A stretch of 24,308 nt of DNA, from IMG/VR virus record IMGVR_UViG_3300012200_000062, positions 1-24,308 of that record. The stretch is one strand, 5' to 3'. Shown one piece after another: positions 7,437 through 16,062 of this stretch. Under the pieces are notes generated by a model. That model searched no databases. It had not been told where the DNA came from and worked only from the letters and a program-made list of their open reading frames with translations. How positions within the stretch are numbered: the stretch's first letter is position 1; each line of letters begins with the position of its first letter. This DNA comes from a virus. Taxonomy: Duplodnaviria; Caudoviricetes. Made by a program: the position numbers and the translations under genes.

Positions 7437-7861
7437 GTAAAGATTTTACTGTAACAGATAAAAGAGGTCATCTAAATACTGACGATCCAAGGAACGTAGC
7501 CCCGGCTTCGCTTATGGAGGATGTGAAAGAGGTACGTATTGCACCTGAACAGCTTTTTGTTCATCCAACTCCTGGTCGAATTATAGTTCAAGAAGACCTA
7601 GCTCTTGATAAAGTCGGTCGTATCATAGTTCCCGATAAAGTCAAGAAAAGACCAACTACAGGTACCATTCTAGAAGTTGGACTCGGCGTTGATGGCTACT
7701 TCGTAGGAGATAGAGTAGTCTACGGTCTTTATAGTGGAACTGTCTTAACTTTTAAAGGATGGAGTCCGAAGACTAGAATCAACTTTCGTATCCTGAATAC
7801 GGATGAAATCCTGGCGAAAGTGGATAAAGAGACCCCAGAATTAGAAGGTGTCGGAGTATAA
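7433..7861 (+). CDS. groES: GroES/Cpn10-like co-chaperonin with N-terminal extension
   Basis: PTPGRIIV...GRIIVPD..KKRPTTGTILEVG.G...VGDRVVYG.YSGT...ILNTDEILAKV; GTGA overlap with the upstream stop. Confidence 0.85.
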   Translation: MSKDFTVTDKRGHLNTDDPRNVAPASLMEDVKEVRIAPEQLFVHPTPGRIIVQEDLALDKVGRIIVPDKVKKRPTTGTILEVGLGVDGYFVGDRVVYGLYSGTVLTFKGWSPKTRINFRILNTDEILAKVDKETPELEGVGV

Positions 7862-7865
7862 AAGT

Positions 7866-7973
7866 ATGATGCCAGAAAGAATCACGAACGATGGAGACGA
7901 AGATATTCTGCAAGACGAAGATTTAACAGAAGACAATCCGGAATTTCCAGACATGGAGGATTATGATGAATGA
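7866..7973 (+). CDS. Highly acidic 35-aa microprotein (below the ORF-track cutoff)
   Basis: MMPERITNDGDEDILQDEDLTEDNPEFPDMEDYDE*. GGAG at 7853-7856; fills the gap between groES and the next ORF. Confidence 0.55.
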   Translation: MMPERITNDGDEDILQDEDLTEDNPEFPDMEDYDE

Positions 7974-8289
7974 AGGTAAATGTAAAGATACCATGGGACA
8001 TTCTTTGAAGAAAGGAGACTGGGTTACTGTTCTACCTCCTCAAAATACTATTTGGATAGCCAGGATAGAAGAGATAAACGAAGGCGGTATAGCGATAGCT
8101 ATAGATAAGAATACCAAAGGAACGACTCCTGCCAAGGTTCGGGTCGTCCTAGATATAACTCTAAATGCGAATCCGAACATGCCTGTTTTCCCTAATCTGT
8201 TAAAGACCCTACCACCAGGAAGCGATGATGTATTAGACAAGGTAATGGCGGAGATCGAGAAAGGAAATCAATCTCCGCCCTTAGCATGA
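7966..8289 (+). CDS. Hypothetical protein, possible SH3/KOW-like beta-barrel
   Basis: GGAGGA RBS best spaced for ATG 7966; G..LKKGDWVTV....WIARIEEI pattern. Confidence 0.7.
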   Translation: MNEGKCKDTMGHSLKKGDWVTVLPPQNTIWIARIEEINEGGIAIAIDKNTKGTTPAKVRVVLDITLNANPNMPVFPNLLKTLPPGSDDVLDKVMAEIEKGNQSPPLA

Positions 8290-8291
8290 AG

Positions 8292-8552
8292 CTAAACGTT
8301 CTTCGACGTATCAGCAGCTTTACCTGCGGCTATGTTGCGCCGCAAGGAAGAGCCCTTTCTGCCGAAGGAACTCTCAGCATTAGTGACGCGACCTTTGGAG
8401 CCAGCTTTATGCTTCGCAGAATGAGTCTTCGCCTCCGGTTCAGTTCCCCCGCCTCCGTAAAGATGCGATCCAGGAGAATGAGCCGAAGGGGATATTTCTA
8501 ACGAGTCACAAGTGCTTTTTACAGCACTATGCGTTTCAGGTAAAGTGGGCAT
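8292..8552 (-). CDS. Hypothetical Ser/Gly/Lys/His-rich protein (86 aa), last gene of the - strand module
   Basis: GAGAGGT RBS 5 nt before the ATG; stop abuts the convergent stop at 8289. Confidence 0.6.
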   Translation of the reverse strand: MPTLPETHSAVKSTCDSLEISPSAHSPGSHLYGGGGTEPEAKTHSAKHKAGSKGRVTNAESSFGRKGSSLRRNIAAGKAADTSKNV

Positions 8553-8575
8553 ATATGACCTCTCTTAGCTAAGAA

Positions 8576-8619
8576 TAAGTGTTTAGCTTCTAAATACTTA
8601 TGAAAGCTGAACACTTTTT
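8576..8619 (+). terminator. Inverted-repeat element or possible intrinsic terminator in the intergenic gap
   Basis: AAGTGTTTAGCTT (8577-8589) pairs with AAGCTGAACACTT (8604-8616), 13 bp with one G-U, and ends in a T-run (8615-8619). The AU-rich stem and 14-nt loop are atypical for a terminator. Confidence 0.4.
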
Positions 8620-10513
8620 ATGGGAGACCTAGGTTTTCTCTCATAAACTCTGTTATCGCTCCTCTTTCGAGATATCCTTTTTTACGAGGTTTCGTCCTTG
8701 AAGATTCACGTTCCCGATAAGACAAGTAAGGCCCGGCCACCGGTATCCTTCTCAAGACCTCCAACCCAAGAGGCTGTTTCGTCCAAGGTAAACGAGTCAT
8801 GTCAACGAGATCGGAGACCGCTGGCCCCGCGACAAAGTGCCAAATTGGCTTATCAGAAGGGCTTGCTATGTTATATACCAGGTCCTGATATAAACCAAAG
8901 GCCCCAGCGTGCGCTGCATTGTCTACCAATCTCTCTATCGGAAATTCGGGCCGTTCTTCTAAAGTCCCCTTCCGAGCGAACTCACGAAGGTCGGCAGTTA
9001 ACTCGCCGAAAGTTGGAAAAAGTAAACTCATATAAATTAGCGGCTTTATTTCTCCTTCGGCTCCAGCAGTTTGAATGTATCGAACCGCGGGTTTAATGGC
9101 GAAGTTCTTAACGAAGTTAGATTGTGTATAGAAGTATTGCTTGAACTGAAGAATTACCCTCGCCATCGGCGAAGCCTTCCACGCCAGCGGAAGCTGATTC
9201 GCATCGAAAGTAAACTGCGTCACATCGGAGGTACGCTTTGCAGCCTGTAGTAAATCATCTTCAGATAATGATCCACGTTTTAGAACCTCAGAAACATCTA
9301 TCCCCATCTGACCTAACTTCTGTCGAGCAACATTTGGTCTCACACCTTCTCGTATGTCTTGGAACAATTCCTCTGCAAGATGTTTGCCCGCTACGGATGC
9401 AAATATTCGCCGATATTTATCGAGAGAGACGAAGCCCGTGGCGTGAAGAATCTTTGACCCTAGGCTACCGACTGGGCCTCCGTAAAGCTCTTTATATCGC
9501 CGCATGGATTCTGTCCACGTCGCTCCGCTTCTTAGTGCGAAATCTTCTGCACTCCGTACATTGCCATTTTCAACAAGTTCTTTCACCATCGAAGCCATGG
9601 CTTTCACGGCTGGCTTCACGCCTGCGTAAACGGCGACGTTGAGAGGCTGACTTGTGTGACTCAGAACGGCTAAGCCTAACTTAGAAGCTACTTCGAGCGA
9701 AGCCAAGCCTTGTTCCCAAGGTCTAATTCCTCTATAATACTTTCCTGTCTTTGTTATATTATCTATATATTTGAGCCCTAACTCCTGTGCTTCACGACCT
9801 CCGGTTTCTTTCAATCCTTTTAGAATTATATCCAATTTCTCGTCATTCGGACCATAAATCTTCGCCCAGTTTAATCTCTTATATCCTTTGTCGATATCCT
9901 CAAAGAGAACCCCGAGATCACGTCTATATCCTGGTAAGTTCCATTTTCTCGGAGACTCATAATTATGTGCTCTCGGGCTTTTTCCGCTGATTTGATCGAG
10001 TAGTCCTTCAGCTTGTCTAATGGACATACCTTGCTTTTGTAGAGAAGCGATGGCTTGTCCATGATTAACTCCTTCAAAAAACTCACGAGGATACATACGG
10101 GGCCAGTCGTCTTCGACCATCGGGCCAGTTTTGACTCCTGCTTTTCCTAATTCATTGTATATATGAAGACGAGATATTTTAGCCTTCGTTATAGTATCCT
10201 TCAAAGCTCCGTCAGGCAGGTTGGCAAAATTCTGCCAGTGCGTAGCTAAATCCTTTGTTACCTTCGCATCTTTCATATGCGGTCGTAGAGTACTAAGAAT
10301 ATCTGAATAATACTGTCCGCTCTGTTGTGCAGATTTATCTTGCCACATCTTCATAGTATCTACGAGCATATCTCCGAAGGCGCCGCTCTTTCGTAGAACA
10401 CCTTCGCCACTTATAACGGCGGTTTTAGAAATCTCGCTGTTTAATAGCTTAGGAAGAAGCTCTCTAGCGCCTGTGGCGAGTCTCGATAAAACTTGTGAAA
10501 GTTCTCCGCCCAT
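8618..10513 (-). CDS. Large internal virion/ejection-type protein (helical)
   Basis: 631 aa. TQFTFD...P.......RVILQFKQYF pattern recalls the C-terminal region of podophage large ejection proteins; end of the tail operon; TAATG-coupled to the upstream gene. Confidence 0.62.
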   Translation of the reverse strand: MGGELSQVLSRLATGARELLPKLLNSEISKTAVISGEGVLRKSGAFGDMLVDTMKMWQDKSAQQSGQYYSDILSTLRPHMKDAKVTKDLATHWQNFANLPDGALKDTITKAKISRLHIYNELGKAGVKTGPMVEDDWPRMYPREFFEGVNHGQAIASLQKQGMSIRQAEGLLDQISGKSPRAHNYESPRKWNLPGYRRDLGVLFEDIDKGYKRLNWAKIYGPNDEKLDIILKGLKETGGREAQELGLKYIDNITKTGKYYRGIRPWEQGLASLEVASKLGLAVLSHTSQPLNVAVYAGVKPAVKAMASMVKELVENGNVRSAEDFALRSGATWTESMRRYKELYGGPVGSLGSKILHATGFVSLDKYRRIFASVAGKHLAEELFQDIREGVRPNVARQKLGQMGIDVSEVLKRGSLSEDDLLQAAKRTSDVTQFTFDANQLPLAWKASPMARVILQFKQYFYTQSNFVKNFAIKPAVRYIQTAGAEGEIKPLIYMSLLFPTFGELTADLREFARKGTLEERPEFPIERLVDNAAHAGAFGLYQDLVYNIASPSDKPIWHFVAGPAVSDLVDMTRLPWTKQPLGLEVLRRIPVAGPYLSYRERESSRTKPRKKGYLERGAITEFMRENLGLP

Positions 10514-12489
10514 TAGTCAGATGCCTTCGGCAGGGCCGCGAATTGAATTTTCATCCAGTCTATCAAGTGTTCTCTGTAAAGCTCTTCGGTCATCTTTTTT
10601 TGTCTTACTAATTTCTTCATCCCGCTCATTACCAGACTACCGCCTTCTAGTTCTCTAGCAGCATCTTCGACTTGAGTTATGTCTATATTAGCCAAAGACT
10701 CCGACGTATATCTACCAGCCATTTGCTGTGCATGTTTTTCCAAAGCTGCGCCGAATTCCTGTGACTTAGCCTCCGCTCGCTTCGCGGCTATCCTTTCTCT
10801 ATCAGCCGCCTGCTGTGCAGGACTAGCGGGTACACCTTCTTTGGCTCTTACTTTCTTACCAGTTTCTTCAGGCCCAAGTTTTTGAATTCTACCTTCGGCA
10901 CGCTTCGCGGAAGCTGCTTCAGCTTCTTCCTTTGTTAAAGTCTTTTCTCCTTTAGCCTTTGCCTTCGCAATATCGAATTCTTCTCCGGCTTTCTCAAAAG
11001 GATGAGCCTTCATATCCGCTAACTGCTCCGCGGCTAATTTATCACCTGCGGCGGCTTTCTTACGAAGTTCGTTCATCAAAGCAGTTCTATAGAAATCCGG
11101 TCCCTCAATACTTTCCGTTCTCACATTAGTCCTACGTTCCGTAGGAGGTTTAATATCTCCCATCGTCTTAGCTATCGCAGGATTCTCCTCCGCCGCTTGA
11201 GCAGCAACGGCTTGCTTCGCCGCAGGTGTTGGTGTCGGTACAACGGATTTTCGCGCAGCCTGCTTCGTAGCCTTCTCAGTCGCAACTTTAGCCTTTTCGA
11301 CTCTTTTCGCCTCTGCTTCCGCTTCACGTCCTGCTTTAGCGGCAGCTTGTTCGGCTTTCTTAGTCGCCGCTTGTTGAGCGCGTTGCTTGGCAATCTCTTC
11401 TTTCATTATAGAAGGCATCTGTGCTTTCTCAGCACTTGTCAAGTCTTTAAACGCCTTTCCAAACTTATCTTTCGCGGCTTTATCAGCCACATCGCCTAGC
11501 GATTTTGACGGCGCCTCTTTAGGAGCCGTAGCTTTAGGAACGGCTTCAGCCGCAGAAGGTCCACCAACCTCCTTTACGGCCTCAGCCGCCTTAGACGTAA
11601 ATGCTTTACGCCCAAGACCAAAGGTTGCCTTAAGAAACGGAAATGCTGCACCAAGAAGACCGCCCCATATAGCGCCGCTTTTAGGATCTCCGCCAGGTCT
11701 AGTCGCCTCAAAAGTAGAACCTTCGGCAGCTCCTCTTCCGGCTCCTGATACTATTTCTCCTGCAGTACCACCGAGATTCGGTAAACCAGCGCCTACAGCC
11801 GTAGAAAGTGCGGTAGCTGGGATAGCATGACCTGCGGCAGCCGAAATCTCGGGAATAGGACGATCCGGAGAAAGAGATTTCGATTTTCCGTATAGCTTTC
11901 CTTCAGCTTTCCCTAGAGATCCAGCAGCAGATTCCAACTTAGACGCCATCTTCGTAGCGCCCAAATACTTAGCCAGCTTCGCTTCTAACTCAGGTATAGT
12001 CTTTACTCCTCCGATATAACCGGCTACGCCGCCCTTGGCAGTGGCTTCTAGTTCTTTTCCAGTCTTCTTACCGAATTCCTTAGCTCTGGCTTCTAACGGA
12101 AGATCCGGAGCTTTGCCTTCCATTTCGACGGGCTGATATGGAATATTGAACATTCGAGCGGCGAACTGAAGTCTTAATTCATCTATTTTGGTTTGATCTA
12201 ATCCTTGCGGATTTATCTTCTCGTATTTCGGTAACGCAAAGCGTTTAAAAATTCTATCTACGAATTTAACGGCATCTTCCTCATTCATCCCTCGAAGTCT
12301 ACTTCTATGCTGATAGAAAAAGGCCAAAGGATTCTGCCTAGGGTCAACTTCGTTGCCTTCTTGAGAAGAACCCTGAGAATCATCGCCTTTATATGGATCC
12401 TTTGTATTTTCAGGAGTTGTATAAACTTTTTGCCCAAGTCTCCGTTGAGTTTCATCGGCGACCTGAGAAGAATTTTGTCCATTCGGCAT
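10513..12489 (-). CDS. Ala/Lys-rich internal virion/ejection-type protein
   Basis: 658 aa; Gly/Ala-rich hydrophobic stretch (GAIWGGLLGAAFPFL) followed by coiled-coil-like AKE-rich region; TAATG coupling at both ends. Confidence 0.6.
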   Translation of the reverse strand: MPNGQNSSQVADETQRRLGQKVYTTPENTKDPYKGDDSQGSSQEGNEVDPRQNPLAFFYQHRSRLRGMNEEDAVKFVDRIFKRFALPKYEKINPQGLDQTKIDELRLQFAARMFNIPYQPVEMEGKAPDLPLEARAKEFGKKTGKELEATAKGGVAGYIGGVKTIPELEAKLAKYLGATKMASKLESAAGSLGKAEGKLYGKSKSLSPDRPIPEISAAAGHAIPATALSTAVGAGLPNLGGTAGEIVSGAGRGAAEGSTFEATRPGGDPKSGAIWGGLLGAAFPFLKATFGLGRKAFTSKAAEAVKEVGGPSAAEAVPKATAPKEAPSKSLGDVADKAAKDKFGKAFKDLTSAEKAQMPSIMKEEIAKQRAQQAATKKAEQAAAKAGREAEAEAKRVEKAKVATEKATKQAARKSVVPTPTPAAKQAVAAQAAEENPAIAKTMGDIKPPTERRTNVRTESIEGPDFYRTALMNELRKKAAAGDKLAAEQLADMKAHPFEKAGEEFDIAKAKAKGEKTLTKEEAEAASAKRAEGRIQKLGPEETGKKVRAKEGVPASPAQQAADRERIAAKRAEAKSQEFGAALEKHAQQMAGRYTSESLANIDITQVEDAARELEGGSLVMSGMKKLVRQKKMTEELYREHLIDWMKIQFAALPKASD

Positions 12490-13811
12490 TATTTGGGCTC
12501 CTCCTTCTTCTCAGGTTCAGGTTCTTCATCTTGTCTCTCCTCAGGCTCGTCAGGAGTTTCCATGAACATTTTCATTAGTTCTGAATCACCTGCTTGATTC
12601 AGATACTCATCAGCCTGTCTTTGATAGGCATCAGCTTTCTGCTGGTAAACTTTGATTTCATCGGCTGTTAGAGGCTTACCACCTGGACCTTTTCCTCCTT
12701 TAATAATATCAAGATATTTCTTAGCATAGTCCTCGTAGATTCTAGCACCGGCGGCGTAATTAGAACTTGCTCCTTTAGTTTTATCTCGCGCACCCCAGGC
12801 ACTTTTCATAGCATCAGCCGCGTATTTACGAGCATTACCGAAAATAGTAGCAGAGTCTACTTTACCTTTATATCCTATCCCCGCTTTATACATATCAATC
12901 TCACCGCGTATTGCGGCGCCAACGGCTTGTTCATATATCTTTAAACCTGCCAGTTTCTCATTAGCGGTCATCGTCTGCAAATCAGCCGGACTCAGGCCAA
13001 GGCCAGCTTTGTAAAATTCATTAGCGTGCTCCTCCGCACTCGTTAACTGAGAACCACCCATCATAGAAATGGCCGCGGCTGGATCTTGTCTTATTTTCTG
13101 CAACAAAGCATTCGTCATAGCAGCTTTCAACTGCTGCTCCGCATTTTGTTGTGGTAACATAGGCTGCATTCTAGGTTGTGTTCCTCGGCCTTGAGGCGCG
13201 CCTCCCTGCGGAGCAGCTCCTTTACCAGACCCGATCTTTTGAATCGCACTATGAACGCCAGTCGCCTCTGGAGGAACTTCTTCTTCCAAAGGAACATATT
13301 CGAGACCAGTTTTTAGAATTTTACGAATCTTCGGATCTTCTAAAACCATCATCGCTTTTTGCTTATCCTGCGGATCTCCGCTGGCTAGTAGGCTATTAAT
13401 CTGCATCATGTAATTCTCGGCCAGCGCCGCTTTTTTAGCATGTTCTTTCTGTTCTATCGACGAGAAAATGCCACTCAGCGAATTACCAAGGCTAACAAGA
13501 CCTGCGTTTGTCGCCTGCGTCTGACTTCTAAAACTTCCAAGACTCTCGCCTCCGGTTCTAGGAATACCCGGACGTTCTGGAGCAGGTCCGTGTGCTAAAG
13601 AAGTACCACCTCCGGTAGGGTTAAATGTAATAGTTGGAGACGGAGAAACAGGACCAGAGCCGCCAGGAAGTGGAGAGCCACCTGCGGTACCTCCAGTTGC
13701 GCCAGTCGCCTGACCTACAGTCCCTAGCATCTGTTGTATAGCCTTCATAATACTAGAGGCATCGGTAGAATCCGTTTTTTGACCAGGTACTTTCTCATCC
13801 CATGGGGCCAT
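12489..13811 (-). CDS. Internal virion/DNA ejection-type protein
   Basis: 440 aa, Gly/Gln/Ala-rich helical sequence with an acidic tail; GAGGTG RBS; operon position. Confidence 0.58.
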   Translation of the reverse strand: MAPWDEKVPGQKTDSTDASSIMKAIQQMLGTVGQATGATGGTAGGSPLPGGSGPVSPSPTITFNPTGGGTSLAHGPAPERPGIPRTGGESLGSFRSQTQATNAGLVSLGNSLSGIFSSIEQKEHAKKAALAENYMMQINSLLASGDPQDKQKAMMVLEDPKIRKILKTGLEYVPLEEEVPPEATGVHSAIQKIGSGKGAAPQGGAPQGRGTQPRMQPMLPQQNAEQQLKAAMTNALLQKIRQDPAAAISMMGGSQLTSAEEHANEFYKAGLGLSPADLQTMTANEKLAGLKIYEQAVGAAIRGEIDMYKAGIGYKGKVDSATIFGNARKYAADAMKSAWGARDKTKGASSNYAAGARIYEDYAKKYLDIIKGGKGPGGKPLTADEIKVYQQKADAYQRQADEYLNQAGDSELMKMFMETPDEPEERQDEEPEPEKKEEPK

Positions 13812-13821
13812 TTACATCACC

Positions 13822-14292
13822 TCAATTTGCCTCAGAGGCATATATGTCACCTTGCAAACGCTCTGCGATTACATAGTAACCAGGCTCAGCGGAGACTTTA
13901 CTTTCAGGAAAGAATTGATAAAAGAAATAAACCTGCATAGAGACCAAATCTTGTCTACTAGAATCCACGACGGCAGTTTTTATCTCACGTCCTTCGGCGC
14001 TACGTGCTACTACGGCGATAGGAGTTCCGCTTTCAAGAGCTTCTTTCTTGCTTTGAACAAATCCGAGAAGTGCCCATAAGAGCTTTTTCTTCAAAGCCTC
14101 ATCTATCATCTTCTCAGAAATTATACTCGGATTCGCATAGAAAGTGCCTAGACTTCGCCTAACAATTCTCATGCCATCAGGAGCTTTCGGTATCTGAGGA
14201 GTATCCTTTGGAAAGAATACTATCGGATTTGTGCCGTTCTTCAAGGCATCCACCTGTAGTTGTAAAGTCTCAAATCTCTCATGTAATATCAT
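13822..14292 (-). CDS. Hypothetical globular protein among the ejection genes
   Basis: 156 aa alpha/beta-like sequence; ATGA overlap with the upstream gene. Confidence 0.7.
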   Translation of the reverse strand: MILHERFETLQLQVDALKNGTNPIVFFPKDTPQIPKAPDGMRIVRRSLGTFYANPSIISEKMIDEALKKKLLWALLGFVQSKKEALESGTPIAVVARSAEGREIKTAVVDSSRQDLVSMQVYFFYQFFPESKVSAEPGYYVIAERLQGDIYASEAN

Positions 14293-15218
14293 ATAGCCGC
14301 CAATCCTGCCAAGATAGAAGCCCCTAGACCAGCACCACCACCGGCAGCGCCTAGACCCGCACTAGCTCCAGCGGCACCTGCGCCTATCAGAGAGCCGATT
14401 CCGCCCAACAAAGATCCTTTATTCTTCTCAAATAATCCAGGACTTGCCGTAGCAGCTCCGCTAAAAAGCTGATCTAGAAACTGACTCTCGGCTCCGGCCA
14501 TTCCCATTAACGAAGTGTCGGCGGATAACTTACGACCCATAGCCGATTCCATTGCCTGTTGTTCTAGCTGTGCAAGCAGAGCATTCTCGTCTTTGGAGGT
14601 TTGCTGCATATAATTACTCATCGCCGTTCCAAAGGGCGATGATTCTAAATCACCAGCAAAGCCGAATTGCTCTTTCAAATTAGCTTGATTCTGTTGTATA
14701 TTCTGCTGCTGCGCTGCTATCATGGACTGCCATTCAGGCAACGCCGAGATGGGATCCCCTGTGTTAGCCATCTCGGTCATGCCTGCGGCGCCAGGTATAG
14801 AACTCGGTCCACCTCCTAGAAAACTTAGTAAATTATTCTGAAGACCTCCGCCCGACCCAGCCATCATCTGCTGAAGCATTTGGTAAAACTGGCTAGTGAA
14901 ACCAGGATCGAATGTCGGCGCAGTAAAGACATTACCGCCCATGTCACTTTTTCCGCCAGGGACATTAGGAAAAAACTGACCAGCTTTTCCAGCCCCAGAG
15001 AAACGACCGGTGGTAGGATCTATTCCTGTTCCATAATTATATCCCCCTAGTTGATTCATACTAGGAGCTGTGCTAGCAGAACCGAAGTTCGGAAGAGACG
15101 GATAATTCATCCACTGATTCGAGCCACCTCCGGCTCCGCCTGTAAAAGGGCCACCAGGAACTCGAATCATATCACTTCCGCCACTAACATTAAATAAAGC
15201 GCCAGCTCCAGTGGACAT
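14289..15218 (-). CDS. Gly/Gln-rich DNA ejection/pilot-type protein
   Basis: 309 aa, Gly/Gln/Met-rich, with a hydrophobic glycine-zipper-like C-terminus (LLGGIGSLIGAGAAG...ILAGLAAI). Confidence 0.62.
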   Translation of the reverse strand: MSTGAGALFNVSGGSDMIRVPGGPFTGGAGGGSNQWMNYPSLPNFGSASTAPSMNQLGGYNYGTGIDPTTGRFSGAGKAGQFFPNVPGGKSDMGGNVFTAPTFDPGFTSQFYQMLQQMMAGSGGGLQNNLLSFLGGGPSSIPGAAGMTEMANTGDPISALPEWQSMIAAQQQNIQQNQANLKEQFGFAGDLESSPFGTAMSNYMQQTSKDENALLAQLEQQAMESAMGRKLSADTSLMGMAGAESQFLDQLFSGAATASPGLFEKNKGSLLGGIGSLIGAGAAGASAGLGAAGGGAGLGASILAGLAAI

Positions 15219-15219
15219 A

Positions 15220-15957
15220 TCAGGCTCCCCACATGTACGGTCTTCTCGTAAATGTCAGTCGAGATTCCATTCTCCAGGATTCTTTCCGTCTTTTTCTTTT
15301 TACAGAATAAATTAAGCCCGGCTGCGAAGAATCCTTCGGGTCGCCATGTAGCATTTCGTGAACCTTAACTGCCTTCTCATATTCCATCAACTCATTAAAT
15401 CCCCTATGCACCGCAAACCACACCAACATCTCATTCCAGTCTCGTGGTAGTAATATAATCGTTTGCGTCAGCACTGTATCATTAATCGGATGCATCCTAA
15501 CTATGCGCATCTGAACCTGATATGTCTTATCAGGAACGGGATTAAACCCAATATTAGTAGAGAATCTATACCATTCGGTAGGTAGGCTAAATATTGGAGT
15601 AAACCTGTCGGTCTTTTGATAGTGCGAAGAGTCCAGCTTTCTACGAACAGTATTCGTAGGAAAATCAGTCCATATTAATATATCAGTAGCAACGGAGACT
15701 ATATCTCCTACTGGTGTTAATAAGGTCTCGGCATACTCCTGTTGATTTACAATCAGGTTGAATGGAGGACCAAACTCTTCGAGTTCTGGGAAATCGTCTC
15801 TATAATCAGGCGAGCCACTTATTTCTAACAAAGCATCTCGAAGCCATATCGCTGCGCGGTTCGTATCAGTAGTTCTATTCTCACAACGAAGTAAAACTTC
15901 GTTAACTAAGTCGCCTATTTGAAATTGAAGTATTCCACTCGGGCTTAGTACGGGCAT
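15220..15957 (-). CDS. Head-tail adaptor (tail tubular A-like) protein
   Basis: N-terminal helices (DLVNEVL...WLRDAL.EI), central beta region with P.EWY...FNPVPDKTY, and LPRDWNEMLVWFA helix, as in phage adaptor proteins. Confidence 0.68.
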   Translation of the reverse strand: MPVLSPSGILQFQIGDLVNEVLLRCENRTTDTNRAAIWLRDALLEISGSPDYRDDFPELEEFGPPFNLIVNQQEYAETLLTPVGDIVSVATDILIWTDFPTNTVRRKLDSSHYQKTDRFTPIFSLPTEWYRFSTNIGFNPVPDKTYQVQMRIVRMHPINDTVLTQTIILLPRDWNEMLVWFAVHRGFNELMEYEKAVKVHEMLHGDPKDSSQPGLIYSVKRKRRKESWRMESRLTFTRRPYMWGA

Positions 15958-16028
15958 TTTATAGATCCTTTATTCTGTGCATAAAGTGAACCGACGAGCA
16001 GCAGACTTAGAACTAAAAGTTTTCTCAA
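15945..16028 (-). pseudogene. Signal-peptide-only micro-ORF or truncated gene start
   Basis: TTG-AGA-AAA... reads (M)RKLLVLSLLLVGSLYAQNKGSIKCPY* (27 aa): basic n-region, Leu-rich h-region, LYA|Q. Confidence 0.5.
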
Positions 16029-16062
16029 GTGCTGTTCATGGGTTCTTCCATCCAGCTAAGGC

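Noticed and set aside
8698-14079. + strand ORFs opposite the ejection genes (e.g. 8698, 9238, 11387)
   Set aside because: Antisense shadows of Ala/Lys-rich coding sequence.
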